NCBI GenBank assembly: GCA_054600435.1
Contig: BAAIJX010000040.1
Location: 186,001-216,341 of the forward strand
DNA from: Neophaeotheca triangularis
Lineage: Eukaryota
Length of the DNA: 30,341 bases
Direction of reading: 5' to 3'
The position numbers and the translations under genes were made by a program. Shown piece by piece: positions 1-11,555 of the stretch; the stretch's first letter is position 1, and the number at the start of each line of letters is the position of its first letter. The notes beneath the pieces were generated by a model, which searched no databases, was not told the origin of the DNA, and was given only the letters and a program-made list of their open reading frames with translations.

Positions 1-847
1 CTGGGAAGTTGACAACGAAGATGTAGCCGAATATACCAACTACTACCGTCGCTATTCCCTCCAGAATGAAAATCCACCTCCAGCCTCCGTAGTTTGCGAC
101 GCCGGCCATTTGTTGTATTCCATACGCCAGCACCCCAGACAGGCCGTTACATAAGGTACCGATGAGATAGAAAAAGGCGTACCGCTTCTGCATGTCGAAG
201 CGAGCATAATACGCTGAGAGGAGGTAGACACAGCCGGGGAAGTAGCCTGCCTCGAAGAATCCAAGGAGTAGTCGCAAAGGGATGAGGGTTGTCCAGGTTT
301 GGACAAAGCCAAATCCAATCATTACAAGGCCCCAGGCGACGCAGATGGATGGTAAGAACTTCCGCGGTCCAAGCTTGTGGGTGATGATAGTTGCCGGCGG
401 TTGGAAGATTGTGTAGGTGATGAAGAAGACGAGCGATGCTATTGAATAGCGATAGCCGATGTCGGTGTTCAGGTCGTCGTGCCTAACGTAGAGTCAGTGA
501 CAGGTTATGAGGCGGTTTGAGGGCCATCTTCAGTTATTGTTGGCTCTGGAAAGTACAAGGGAACGACTGTAGTTCGCAGAAAGGTCAACTTACATCCCCG
601 CTACGGCGGCATTGGGCATGTTGCCTCTGTCGATCAACGAAACGCAGTACATCAAACCGGTAATGACAACGAGCCGGCGATCGATGCGGTGGATGATTTT
701 GCGTTGCTCGGCGTAAGTGAATTCGTCGTCCTCGTCGGTGTTGTCGACAAAGCGGTCCCTAGGCTTCTCCAAGCCCTCTTTGTCTAGGCTGTCATGCCTC
801 ACAGCCGGGGCTGGAGACAGGCCATGCTTGTCGTTGATCCCGGCCAT
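1..847 (-). CDS. MFS transporter of the anion:cation symporter / allantoate-nicotinate permease type; runs off the left edge of the window
   Basis: Exon 1 is 847..594 (MAGINDK...EQRKIIHRIDRRLVVITGLMYCVSLIDRGNMPNAAVAGM). The intron is 593..483 (GTAAGT...CTGAC...TAG). Exon 2 is 482..<1 and stays open: HDDLNTDIGYRYSIASLVFFITYTIFQPP...LGPRKFL...LRLLLGFFEAGYFPG...GWRWIFILEG...VNFP. The DR.N, R..LG.FEAG.FPG and GWRWIFILEG motifs are typical of this MFS family. Confidence 0.9.
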
Positions 848-921
848 GGCATAGGATCTTGAGCGTAGCTGAAGAAGAGTCGACAAAGGCGCTGTGCCCT
901 TCTTGTGGCCGGCAGTTGGAC

Positions 922-929
922 TTTATATA
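922..929 (-). promoter_or_regulatory. Probable TATA box of the MFS transporter
   Basis: TATATAAA on the minus strand, about 75 nt upstream of the ATG at 847. Confidence 0.5.
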
Positions 930-1527
930 GGGATGCTGCTGCCGGGAATGCCACTCCCCCACGGAAAGGCAGCCAACATGCATATACGAGACACCATCCT
1001 TCTTGCAAGCTGTCGTCTTATCATGCCGTGGGAGGCACTCTGCTGATGGTCCGCAATGGTTCTTACACGCCTTTCCAAGACCACGGCATACCGAGCGGGG
1101 GAGCTCCATCGAGCGTCTGGGCGCCAAAACGGAGAAGCATGGCAAGCATGGAGTGTGGGATAGACGTTGGCTTAAATGGTTAGCATTGGTGGGATACTCA
1201 TCGTCGCAAAGGTTGGCAGACTGGGCGCGGCCTTGCCACCTTCCCAATTGGTCGCCAAAGGTGCGAAATTCGACGTATGAGGTGGTCGACTCCATTGCGC
1301 CAAGAGGCCTGTGTGGAGAGGGAAATATGGGGTAACGTTTGGATTATTGCCGGGAGATATATAAGCATACAAGGTAGAGCGAAGTGGCACGTCTGCTTCA
1401 TTTTACACGGGTTTCACTGGTGGCACTGGTGGATCATCAGCGGATTGGTCCGCATATGTCGATAAGATAGGCAAGAATACTGCCTTTATTGCATCAGCTG
1501 CTCCAAAGAGGGGTGAGCAAGCTTCAA

Positions 1528-1964
1528 CTACTCACAGCATATTTCATTAGGAACCGCTGAGAGACGACAATAGCACGAGACGGTGGTGTCGACATCGACA
1601 AAAGCAGAGGCCGAGTCCAGTCGCTTCTTTACCAGATGCGCCTCTTGATCCTTGCCGTTACGTTCGAGCGTCTCGTGCAGGCCATGCAAACCCCATACGT
1701 TATTCAGCTTCGCTTTTACGGCGGGGTAAATCTGTTGCCAGCCAAAGGATCTCTTGAAATCACTCTCTCAGCCTCATCTCCGAGACCTTGCTCCAGCAAC
1801 AACCCACCGAGAGCAAGGCGTACAGGTTGCATCCAAGGGGGAGGATCTAAGTAGGCTAGAGCGTCTTCACGTCGAACGGCCTCGTGGAGCATCGAGAATG
1901 CTGCGTTAAAGTTTTCTCTTTGACGTTCTAGCTTCCTGGCAAACATAGCGGAGGAATAAGCCAT
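1528..1964 (-). pseudogene. Frameshifted, 5'-truncated remnant of a fungal TPR-domain protein (C-terminal part)
   Basis: The minus strand reads ENFNAAFSMLHEAVRREDALAYLDPPPWMQPVRLALGGLLLEQG...EAERV, then shifts frame to DLPRRK, then shifts again (extra A near 1714-1717) to AKLNNVWGLHGLHETLERNGKDQEAHLVKKRLDSASAFVDVDTTVSCYCRLSAVPNEICCE* (stop 1528-1530). WMQP.R.A...LLLEQG, NNVW.LHG.HE and SC.CR match my recollection of the C-terminus of a fungal/actinobacterial TPR-protein family. No N-terminal part is recognisable. Confidence 0.65.
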
Positions 1965-2084
1965 CGCATACGATCAGTCGTGATGCGCTGCTCGTTCAAA
2001 GCATCGTAAGGCTTCTTCGTAGTTGAAAGAGTGGGCCCAGATCGAACCACGGTTAGCCTGGAGGCGGACTTCCGCTGAGTCTGA

Positions 2085-3200
2085 AGGAACGGTCCACCGG
2101 TAAGATCGCAGGTCAAAGTAGGGCTTGTCGCAGCAACCCCATGGTCTCCCGTGCTCGTTTGGTCTTCGGTGGTATTGCCTGTTGGCTTCGAGCTAGACGG
2201 ACGTAGCTTCATGTCTTGGCTGGTGGTGAGCGAATCACCTGGGTCCAATAAAGTCAGCGAGGTTGCAAAAAAGGTAAACAAACCGTCGACCCAAATATAA
2301 ATCACCAAGATCACAACAGCGAAAGGCCCTGACAACGTGACACTGGTCGAGAATGCCAGAGAACCATCGCTGGGGCGTAGTCACGACGAACCAAGGACCG
2401 CACGTGGTTCTGAAAACAAGACGAAAGACCTCAAGACATCCTCTGAAATCCCGAAGCAGAACGCAGCCCGCTTCGATTCGTCCAAAGAAACCACAAAGGC
2501 CACCGTCGCGAGCATGACATCTGTGAGAAAAGGCGCGCGATGATGGCCATGTTCTGCGGAGCAGCCAGCGAGTGAAGCGGCGAGTGAAGCGACGAGTGCT
2601 AGGGGAAAATCCATCAAAGGGCCACCTGAGCTTCATGGTGCCTCGGATGACGAACATAGTCCAGGATCCCTTGTAGACCCCGGCTCGAACTATATTGGAG
2701 ATTCACACATCAGCGATCACGAAGACCTGAGCGGAGATGATCAAGGCTCCGATGATCGGGTCGACAGCCACGGTGAAGCAGACGACCATGAGAGCGACGA
2801 AGATAACTACGAAACTGATTCGGAGCACTCTGATTCTGCTCAGAACGTCTCGCAAAATGAACAAGAGAGTTCGGCCGACTATGACGATGATGATCGCAGT
2901 GACCAAATGTCGAGCCGTCGTGGTGACTCCTAAGAGGAGCAGAGCGCTAGCTTTAGGGAAAGCGACGCCGTTGTATCAGTTTCTTCGGGTGGTTCGCCAA
3001 GCGACCAGCTAAGCGAGAGTGAGAGCGACGACCGCTAGGATCAGGACTGAAGGGCTCTCCAAATTAAACACGCCGAAGATGCTGCTACGGCGAAGGTCTA
3101 GCCTCGAAGACAAGAATAGTCGTTGTTGAATACGGGAATTCCACATGCGAGAGACTCCATATTTGCCATACATCGAGGCGCCATGAACCATCAGTGAGGC
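2085..3200 (+). pseudogene. Decayed acidic, low-complexity (D/E/S-rich) reading frame
   Basis: One frame reads ...KETTKATVASMTSVRKGAR*WPCSAEQPASEAASEA...GDSHISDHEDLSGDDQGSDDRVDSHGEADDHESDEDNYETDSEHSDS...GDS*EEQSAS...SESESDDR*DQD*... In-frame stops are at 2298, 2541, 2931, 3036, 3048, 3099 and 3117. Family not identifiable. Confidence 0.45.
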
Positions 3201-4289
3201 TCAAGAATCAGAAGTTGCATCCTTGGTAGTCTGGAAGGAAGATGCCGAACCATGGACGCAGAATCGTAGTCTAGGTAGTGAGCTCGATACTTGTGCAACC
3301 TTCGTCCTTCTAGGTCTCCCTAACTTTCGTAGTTCTGCCAGATCCAAGAGTATGTTCCAGCCGCCAAACGGATCACAAACGAGTAACTCAAAACCTTGCC
3401 TGTACACTAATGTTCTTGCCAATGATACCCGAATCCCCGATGTATCGGGGTGCCAGGTATGGGTAGGGCTTGATGAAGCTTTTGGTCCTACGTTCTCAAG
3501 AAGGCTTTCCCCGAAGCTTGCCGATCCGCAATTTTTGTCCCTGGGATATGGCGTCGGCCCTTATACGTGCGAGGTGGAATCAACCTACTCTGGGTACGCG
3601 CTGCTGATGCCCCCATGCTGGTGAAAAGATAGTTGGCCAGCAGCCTCCCTTGCGATATTGGGGGTCGGTCCCTCCGATTCCGTGTCGAGGTAGGGGGATA
3701 TTTACTGATAGGTACGCATTATCGTGTTCATCAACGATAAGACGACACTACTTTCGGGCCGTGATAGAATGCAGGTGCTCACAAGGCTGGATGGATGTGT
3801 TGTCGCGTGTCTTCTCGATTCCATCATCAACGAAAGACATTCCCGAAGTCGAGATCGCCAGCCTTGGCATCTGTCGATCTTTCCGCCATGGCACGTGCGG
3901 CGTGGCTCATCAGCCTTACCCTTACCCCAGATTCAGTCTCCGCAAACAAACGCAACCCCGGGCTGCCCTGTAGGTTTGTTGCTCGGCGGCGGCTTGGGCT
4001 TTCACGATTGAAAGTCAGAGGTCAGGCGGACCAGTCGTGTTCTCGTAGGCCAACCGCCTTCTTGAAGTTCTCTTCCAGTTCTCTTCCACTTTGTGGCCAC
4101 ACTCTTTGCTAGTATCCACGACGGATAACCTGAGCCGACCAAGTTGACGTGGCTCGTGCTAAGCCGGACCCGCGACGTTTGGTAGGATCCAGGCAGCAGC
4201 AGCAGCCAGGCAGCGACATATGAGCGGATTGTCCTTAAGCGGTCACGTAGAAAGGACTCCTCACCTGAGAAGCACACCGATACGCAGAA

Positions 4290-5796
4290 ATGGATATGGC
4301 ACGACAGCACGGCAGTATTGGCAGCATGTCTACCAAGCACATCACACTGGTGACTGTACGACTAAACCAGCTACACACTCCCACACGCTCGATGCTAACC
4401 TCAATCTCCGCCCGCTAGCTCACCCTACAAAACTCCCTCTTGATACTTGTAATGCACTACTCCCGCATCATGCCCCCAGTAGACGGGCAACGCTACTACA
4501 CGAGTACGGCGGTCTTTCTCAACGAAGTCATCAAACTCACACTCTCCCTCACCGTCGCCCTCTACGAGATCGCCGTTACCTCTCCCTCAGCCAGCACCGC
4601 CATAGGCCTTTTCCAAGAGCTCTACCGCGCCGTCTTCGTAACCGACAGTTGGAGACTTGCAATCCCCGCCGTCCTGTACACGCTGCAAAACAGCTTGCAA
4701 TATATCGCAGTCAGCAATCTCGATGCCGCAACTTTCCAGGTCACCTACCAAATGAAGATCCTTACAACTGCCATTTTCAGTGTAACGCTGCTGGGAAGAA
4801 GTTTGACGTTGCGCAAGTGGCTGAGCTTAGTGCTGTTGATGATCGGGGTCGCTGTTGTGCAGATACCGGTCGCCCAGCGTGATGATACTGTGTTGAGCTT
4901 GAAGGACTTGACAGACGGAGTTGCGTTCCACTCGCCGCGGAATATTTGGGACCTGAAGGCATTGGGCAGTGTAGCTGCTGGCCAGCTCACGAAGCGTTCG
5001 GCAACGTACGAGGGGATCGACGAAGACGTCGAAGCTCAGCACCCGGAACTGAATACCACAATCGGACTGGCCGCTGTCCTTGCGGCTTGCATACTATCCG
5101 GCCTGGCGGGAGTGTATTTCGAGAAGATTCTGAAGGACCCCAAGGGCAGAAGGGACTCAACATCGAAGGAGGTGTCAGTCTGGATACGAAACGTTCAGCT
5201 CAGCTTTTACTCATTGTGGCCGGCGTTACTGGTTGGCGTGCTAGTTAGGGATGGCGAGCACATCTCTCAGACGGGTTTCTTTACGGGCTACAACTGGGTC
5301 GTCTGGGGGGCCATTCTCCTGCAAGCAACGGGCGGCATCGTGGTGGCCTTAGTTGTGAAACACGCCGACAACATCCTGAAGAACTTCGCGACGAGCGTGT
5401 CGATTATAATCAGCTTTCTGGCAAGCGTCGTTTTCTTCGACTTTCATATCACGTGGGCGGTAAGTGGAGGAAATCTCGACGGCACTGCTCTATCTGTACT
5501 GACAACATCTCCAACAGTACCTCCTCGGCACCGCCATTGTACTCGCATCAACATGGTTGTACAACACGGGACCGGTAGACCACAGACAAAAACCGCCACC
5601 AATCAGCGTCTCAGAATACGAAAAGCGTGGCGGCGAGCCCGGCTACTTCGACGTTGAAGCGGTAGCCAGCGCAGCACGCTCGCCCGGTTTCAGAAATGGG
5701 GCGCTCTCTACAAGTCGGCCTAGCACGCCTACTTACGAGCGCAAAGTACGTCCCTCGAAGAGTACCGAATTCAGAATATCGAAAAGAGAAGCATGA
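4290..5796 (+). CDS. Nucleotide-sugar transporter, UDP-galactose transporter-like (SLC35A/Gms1 family), about 461 aa
   Basis: join(4290..4355,4419..5459,5518..5796). Introns are GTACGA...GCTAAC...TAG and GTAAGT...CTGAC...CAG. Family motifs: LTLQNSLLILVMHYSR, STAVFLNEVIKL, LAIPAVLYTLQNSLQY, TFQVTYQMKILTTAIFS, SGLAGVYFEKILK, VWIRNVQL, VKHADNILKNFATS. Confidence 0.92.
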
Positions 5797-6244
5797 GGGT
5801 AGTTTGACTGGGAGTTTGATGGGCTGTCGTCCGGGACGGTGCCTTGCGATGGGAAATACCCCTGGGCTTATTTTTGCGGGTACGGGTGCATTAATTGTAG
5901 CGTCTCTCGTCACGCATGGTTATCCCATTCAGTGTCTTCTTTGGTAGGTGTATACGTTTTGCTTTAATCACATTGGTGAGTTGTTTAACATAGTTGATGC
6001 TGAGTAGTGATGGATGAAGCGCCAAGCCACGTTGTCTGTTCAAGGCAGCAGCGCTCGATATGGTAGGAGCGACTTGGGACAAGATGCAGGCCACACCCTG
6101 TGATACTCCTTCACTAGGTCTGCAACGTCTCTTCTCTCGAGCATTGTCTTCCAGTTTCTTGACTCTCGACTTTTCCCACCAAACAGCCACCGTCCAACGC
6201 CTCGCCGAGTCAAAGGATGGCATGATTGACCAGGCAGCACCAGC

Positions 6245-9200
6245 ATGGACGACATCATCTTCGACCAGCTCGACCAGCTCGTACGAGGTGCCCAAGGCTC
6301 AGGATCGCTGGATCGCCAGGCTCCATTGTCACAATATGTCCAACCATCGCCCGCAGCCTATCACGAGTACGACACAAGCCAGGCTTACCCGCCGCAGCAA
6401 TACGGCTACCATGCGGACGACGGGTACGACGAAGAGCCTTTGAGGTTGGACAAGTTTGGTGAGTGGAGTAGCACGCGGGACACTGAGTCGAATGCTAACG
6501 AGATGGAGACCAACAATTGCTTCAAGAGCCGGACTACAACAGCCGCCATGGCCAAGCTGCACTGGGGAACGCCAGGTTGTCGCTGTCATCTGCTCGAGGG
6601 CTTCCACCGCAGTATTTCCAACCCAGTAACGCTTCCGCGGCATACCCTCTTCTGCCGCCCACGCAGCGACCACACCTGTCTCAATTCGCTCACAATCCCG
6701 ATCACCCTGGTCGATCGAGCTCACCAATGCATGTCCAGAATCTTCCTTCAAGCCCTTCTTTCGGCGCCAGTCAGAGGAGAACCGGTGATTATGGCTCGGT
6801 GCCGGAGACACCACGTGCTACATCGTACCAGCGAACTCAGCCGCCGCCTGCTGCTCCGGCGTCCCCTCACTACCGACAGCCACCACCCCAGGCTTATGCA
6901 GGAAACGCCACGTACGGCCAGTCTGTCTTTGAGCCTAGTTATCGCAAATTCGCAACAACGCAAACTCCGGTACTAACCGCAGACGCAACTCCTATCGTGC
7001 AGGGTGTTCGCCTGATTTCGACCCGCCAGCTGCCAGACCGCTTCCGTTCCATCTTCCCTTTCCCCCTGTTCAACGCAGTACAATCACAGTCATTCGAGAC
7101 CATTTATGACACGAATCAAAACTTCGTACTCTCTTCCCCGACAGGAAGCGGCAAGACGGCCATTCTCGAGCTTGCCATCTGCCGCCTCGTCAATGGCTTC
7201 AGTAATGGCACTTTCAAGATCGTGTATCAAGCGCCCACCAAGTCGCTCTGCGCCGAACGCCAACGAGATTGGCAAGCAAAGTTTGGCCCGCTCGATCTGC
7301 AATGTGCAGAGCTTACCGGCGATACCGACAATGCACAGCTACTGAACGTTCAGCACGCCAGCGTCATAATAACCACCCCGGAAAAGTGGGACAGCATGAC
7401 TCGGAAGTGGAAAGACCATCAGAAGTTGATGCAGATGGTGAAGCTCTTTTTAATCGATGAAGTCCATATCCTGAAAGAAGACCGCGGCGCCACACTCGAA
7501 GCTGTCGTATCTCGGATGAAGTCTATTGGCTCGGACGTGCGCTTCGTTGCCCTAAGCGCTACTGTTCCCAACTCGCAAGACATCGCGACATGGCTTGGCA
7601 AAGATCCAATTCAGCCGCATCTGCCAGCGCCTCGCGAGCGGTTTGGCGAAGAGTTCCGTCCCGTACGTTTGCGGAAGCATGTCTGTGGGTACAATTCAAG
7701 TGCCAACGACTTCGCTGTTGACAAGCTGTTCAGTTCGAAGCTGCCGGAGGTCATTGCCAAGTGGTCGCAAAGGAAGCCACTGATGGTATTCTGCTTTACC
7801 CGTCAGGCTTGCGCAGAGACTGCCAAAGCTCTGAGCAACTGGTGGGCCACCAAGTCTCCCAAGGACCGTTACTGGAGGGCATCACGTAAGGACATCGCAG
7901 TCGTTGACAAGGATTTGCGCGAGAACATATCGTCTGGAGTAGCTTTTCATCATGCCGGCCTGTCCCTGGAGGATCGCAATGCTGTCGAGAAAGGCTATCT
8001 TGGCGGCGACGTCAACGTCATCTGCTGTACTTCCACTCTCGCCGTCGGCGTCAATTTGCCTTGTCACATGGTCATCATCAAGAACACGGTGACATACGCC
8101 GGTACCGCTTGTAAGGAATACTCCGACCTCGAAGTAATGCAGATGCTGGGTCGTGCAGGACGACCGCAATTTGATGACAGCGCTGTTGCAGTCATCATGA
8201 CGCGCCTTGAGAAGGTAGGTCGCTACGAGAAGATGGTGAACGGGCAGGAGGTGCTCGAGAGCTGTCTCCACCGCAACCTCATCGACCATTTGAACGCAGA
8301 AGTCGCTCTCGGAACGATCAGCAACGCCTCCTCCGCGAAAAAGTGGCTTGCAGGAACCTTCCTGTACGTGCGATTGAAGGAGCATCCAGAGCACTACCGT
8401 ATCGAAGGCGATGCTCCTGGACGAAACCCCGACGAACGACTAGACAACATCTGTACCCGGGCTCTGGGGCTTTTATCGCAGCATGACCTCGTCAAGTCGT
8501 GCGACACAAAGCTGCAATGCACCGAGTTCGGCGACGCCATGGCTCGCTACTACATACAGTTCGAAACCATGAGGGTCTTTTTGTCGCTGCCGCGAAGAGC
8601 GAAGATCTCCGAGATCCTCTCTGCTGTTGCTCAAGCTGCGGAGTTCAAAGACGTCCGTTTCCGGGGCGGAGAGAAGCCCATCTACAAAGATCTCAACAAG
8701 AACAGCTCGATCAAGTTTCCCATCCCCGTTAACCTTGATCAACCAGCGCAGAAGGTCTCATTGATTATGCAGTCCGTCCTCGGTGGCGTAGACTTACCGT
8801 CACAAGAGCACAAGCACCGAAGCGAATACATGTCGGCCAAATCAATCATCTTCCAGCACATCCACCGTCTCATCCGCTGCATCATCGACTGCCAACTCCA
8901 CCTTGAAGACGCCGCCGCTACACGTAATGCCCTCATGCTCGCCCGAAGTTTTGGCGCACAAGTCTGGGACGACTCTCCTCTTCATATGAAACAGCTCGAC
9001 GGTGTCGGCATGGCATACTGCCGCAAGATTGCTTTTGCGGGCATCAAGACCATCGAGGCGATTGAGAATGTAGAAGCTTCTGCCATTGAGCGGGCTTGCA
9101 CTCGGAATGCCCCGTTTGGCAGCCAAATCCAGCAGAAAGCGAGGGCTTTTCCCAAGTTGAGAGTTAGTATCAAGATGGCTGGTGAGCCGGTAAGTTATAC

Positions 9201-10987
9201 CAGTGTCTCTTCGATGTCACCCCGACCAGCTGACAGGTCTGTAAGATTGTCAAGAAGGACGAGCATGTGTCTCTCAGAGTCAAGGCAGAGATTGGCTTCT
9301 TCAATGAGAAAGTGCCTGAGGTGTTCCAGAAGCGGACCGTGTACGTTGTGATGCTTGCAGAGACTTCTGACGGTCACCTGGTACATTTTGCGCGCATCAG
9401 GTGCGTATTCTCTGTGAACAATGGTGCCGCTAGCCTTTCTGACATTGCGCAGTGCTAAAAAGCTCAACCAAGGCAAGGATGTCCTTTTCACGGCCAATCT
9501 CACAAACGCCTCGCAGTCTGTGGGCTGCTACGTGATGTGCGATGAGATTGGTACGTGACTGCTAGTGCGGAATCGCGGAGCCCTACTGACATATCATAGC
9601 TGGTACTCTGAGACACGCTGTACTTAAGCCAAACATCCCAGCCTCCTCCTTTCCTTCTACAAAGACTGGCAAGGCGATGAACCAGCCGCAGGAGGCACCC
9701 GGCAATGCTCCGAACAGCTCCAAGCTTCGAGTGTCCGCAGCTACCCGAAACGACGCCATCGATGAGTTTGGAGACGCAGGTCTTGCAGATGATGATTTGG
9801 CTGCGGTCGGCGGTGATGGCTTTGTCAACATCGAAGAGTTTGACACAATCGGTCCGGCACTACGTCCGACGAAAAGAGTGAAGACCGGTAACGCAACTGA
9901 TTCGGCAGCCCTCTCCGACTGGCAGCCTCGACAGCTCGAAAATGGTAACTGGGCATGCAGCCATCTTTGCAAGGACAAAACGAGCTGCAAGCACAAATGC
10001 TGCAACAACGGCGTTGAGAAGAAGCCAAAACCACCCAAGCCGAAAGACAGTAAGCAAAGCGACGACCCGAAGCCAACTCACACCCAAACTCAGCTCAACA
10101 TGTCAGCATCGAAGACATCCGCGGCGGCAACTCATGCGGACCTTACCTCCCACAGCAATCAGCCATCAGCTGAATTCCTTCGCAAGAAGCCAGAGCCTCC
10201 TCGGATGAAATCACTCACTCGGCTCCATGACAGTACCCAGCGCCAAGACCGTACCGCGCCAGGCATCGGCAAGCTCAAGGTCTTTAACAAGCCCAATAAC
10301 GCAGTCCTTTCCCCAGGACACCCGGAATTGAGCTTCTTCCAACCCGTCAAAAGCATTGAGCGCGAAGACGAGAGCGACTATGGCGACTTTGACTCCACGG
10401 ATCTACCAGACATCAGCGAGTTTGTCAACAAACCGCAGGCGGCACCCTCATCAAGTCGGAAGAGAAACTCTGTGGACAACTTCGAGGAAGAGGATGGCGA
10501 AATGCTTGACAACGCACAAAACTCAGACCTCCATGTCAACAATCGAGCGCCGCAGCACGAGGAAGACGAAGAAAATAACAAACACAATCTTTCTGACTAC
10601 GATAATCTATCCTGGCCAGGCGGCGACTACGACTTCAACTCACCCAAAAACTCACCTATGGAAGTCCAAGCCGCCATCTCTTCGACCGAAACCCAGCATT
10701 CCGGCACCAACATGCCTGTTGCGCACACCAGCTCAACGGCGATCCCAAGCGACCAGAACGTCTTCGATATCCCGAAGAACCAGCCAGCAACGACAGATGC
10801 GACAGTCACGGAGGCTTTCGATCGGGATTCCTTGGTTGAAGCCGGTATTGTTGACGAGGAAGTACAGAAGGCTGGGGAGAAGGGACAAGAGGAGGCAAGA
10901 CCGGGAGCTGGGGACGTCAGTCATGATGCGCTGTCTGAATGGTTTTACCAGGAGTTCGGGACCGAGCATTTTCAGCTGGTGGATTGA
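6245..10987 (+). CDS. MER3: Meiotic ATP-dependent DNA helicase MER3/HFM1 (Ski2-like DExH, Sec63 domain, C-terminal Cys/His finger), about 1511 aa
   Basis: join(6245..6458,6509..9189,9246..9400,9453..9550,9600..10987) is 4536 nt and in frame. Motifs: FNAVQS (Q motif), SPTGSGKT, TTPEKWDSMTRKW, DEVH, LSAT, TSTLAVGVNLP, QMLGRAGRPQFD, a Sec63-like region, and GNWACSHLCKDKTSCKHKCC. A single helicase cassette plus this finger distinguishes it from Brr2/Slh1. The intron 1 acceptor is uncertain (GAG). Confidence 0.92.
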
Positions 10988-11218
10988 GAGGAGTTTTTGA
11001 GTTGAGCAGCAGGAGAGTAGGTATGGCTGGTGTTGCTAGTGTGGCTGATTCTGTTGTATTTGCTCTGGAAGTTGTGGGAACATGGGGAGTAGCTTTGGGA
11101 TGGTTCGGCTTGCTAGAGCACTATACGTGGGCCGTTGCTTTGGCCGGTCGCAAGGTCCCTTGCTGTCACCTCATCTCGAACTTTCATTCACAATGGCGCA
11201 AATCCCTATGCCCGCGAT

Positions 11219-11555
11219 TGCGAAAAGGTGACCGAGTTGTAGCTTGTAAGCGAATGTATCACTCCAACCAATGCAGGCTCTTCACCCGATCGTTTAGCTA
11301 ACCAAGCTATGCGCTGCTCGCAAACAACTGGGTGAAATGACTAGCCTACTCTTGAAAGAAAGGGAGATCTCCCTGCAGGCACTTCCCCTCTGATATGTCA
11401 AGCCCCATCCACAAGCTTTCAAGATGGTACATGCGCACTAATTCACTATGGACTGCTCGTAGCAAATATTCGGTAATTCCCAGCAGCAACATCTCCTAGC
11501 ATGTAAATATCCGGCTGTGGGGCTTCCGTAAAGTCGGCTTGTCTTTTCCCTCGCA
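11219..11555 (-). ncRNA. Candidate structured non-coding RNA of unknown family (about 340 nt)
   Basis: Many nested complementary segments in a gap between two gene 3' ends. Most G-U-extended helices form only on the minus strand, and a pyrimidine-rich tract lies just upstream on that strand (11581-11620). No canonical family signature was recognised. See findings. Confidence 0.4.

Noticed and set aside
4220..4882. 220-aa plus-strand ORF overlapping the sugar transporter
   Set aside because: It is an alternative frame across the transporter's exon 1, intron and exon 2. The spliced model explains the region.
6245..6976. 243-aa ORF, and the 436-aa ORF at 9677-10987, as separate genes
   Set aside because: They are exon 1 read-through and the last exon of MER3. 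Splice sites join them in frame.
11219..11555. Naming the structured segment RNase P, RNase MRP, U3, snR30, SRP RNA or a hammerhead/HDV ribozyme
   Set aside because: Partial look-alikes exist (UUGAAAGCUUG, AUGGGGCUU, AAAUAUUCGGU), but the diagnostic motifs are absent or in the wrong order: GAAAGUCNCC with a 3'-terminal GGGGCUYA, GGAAAUUCGGUG, box A/C/D, m1/m2, CUGANGA.
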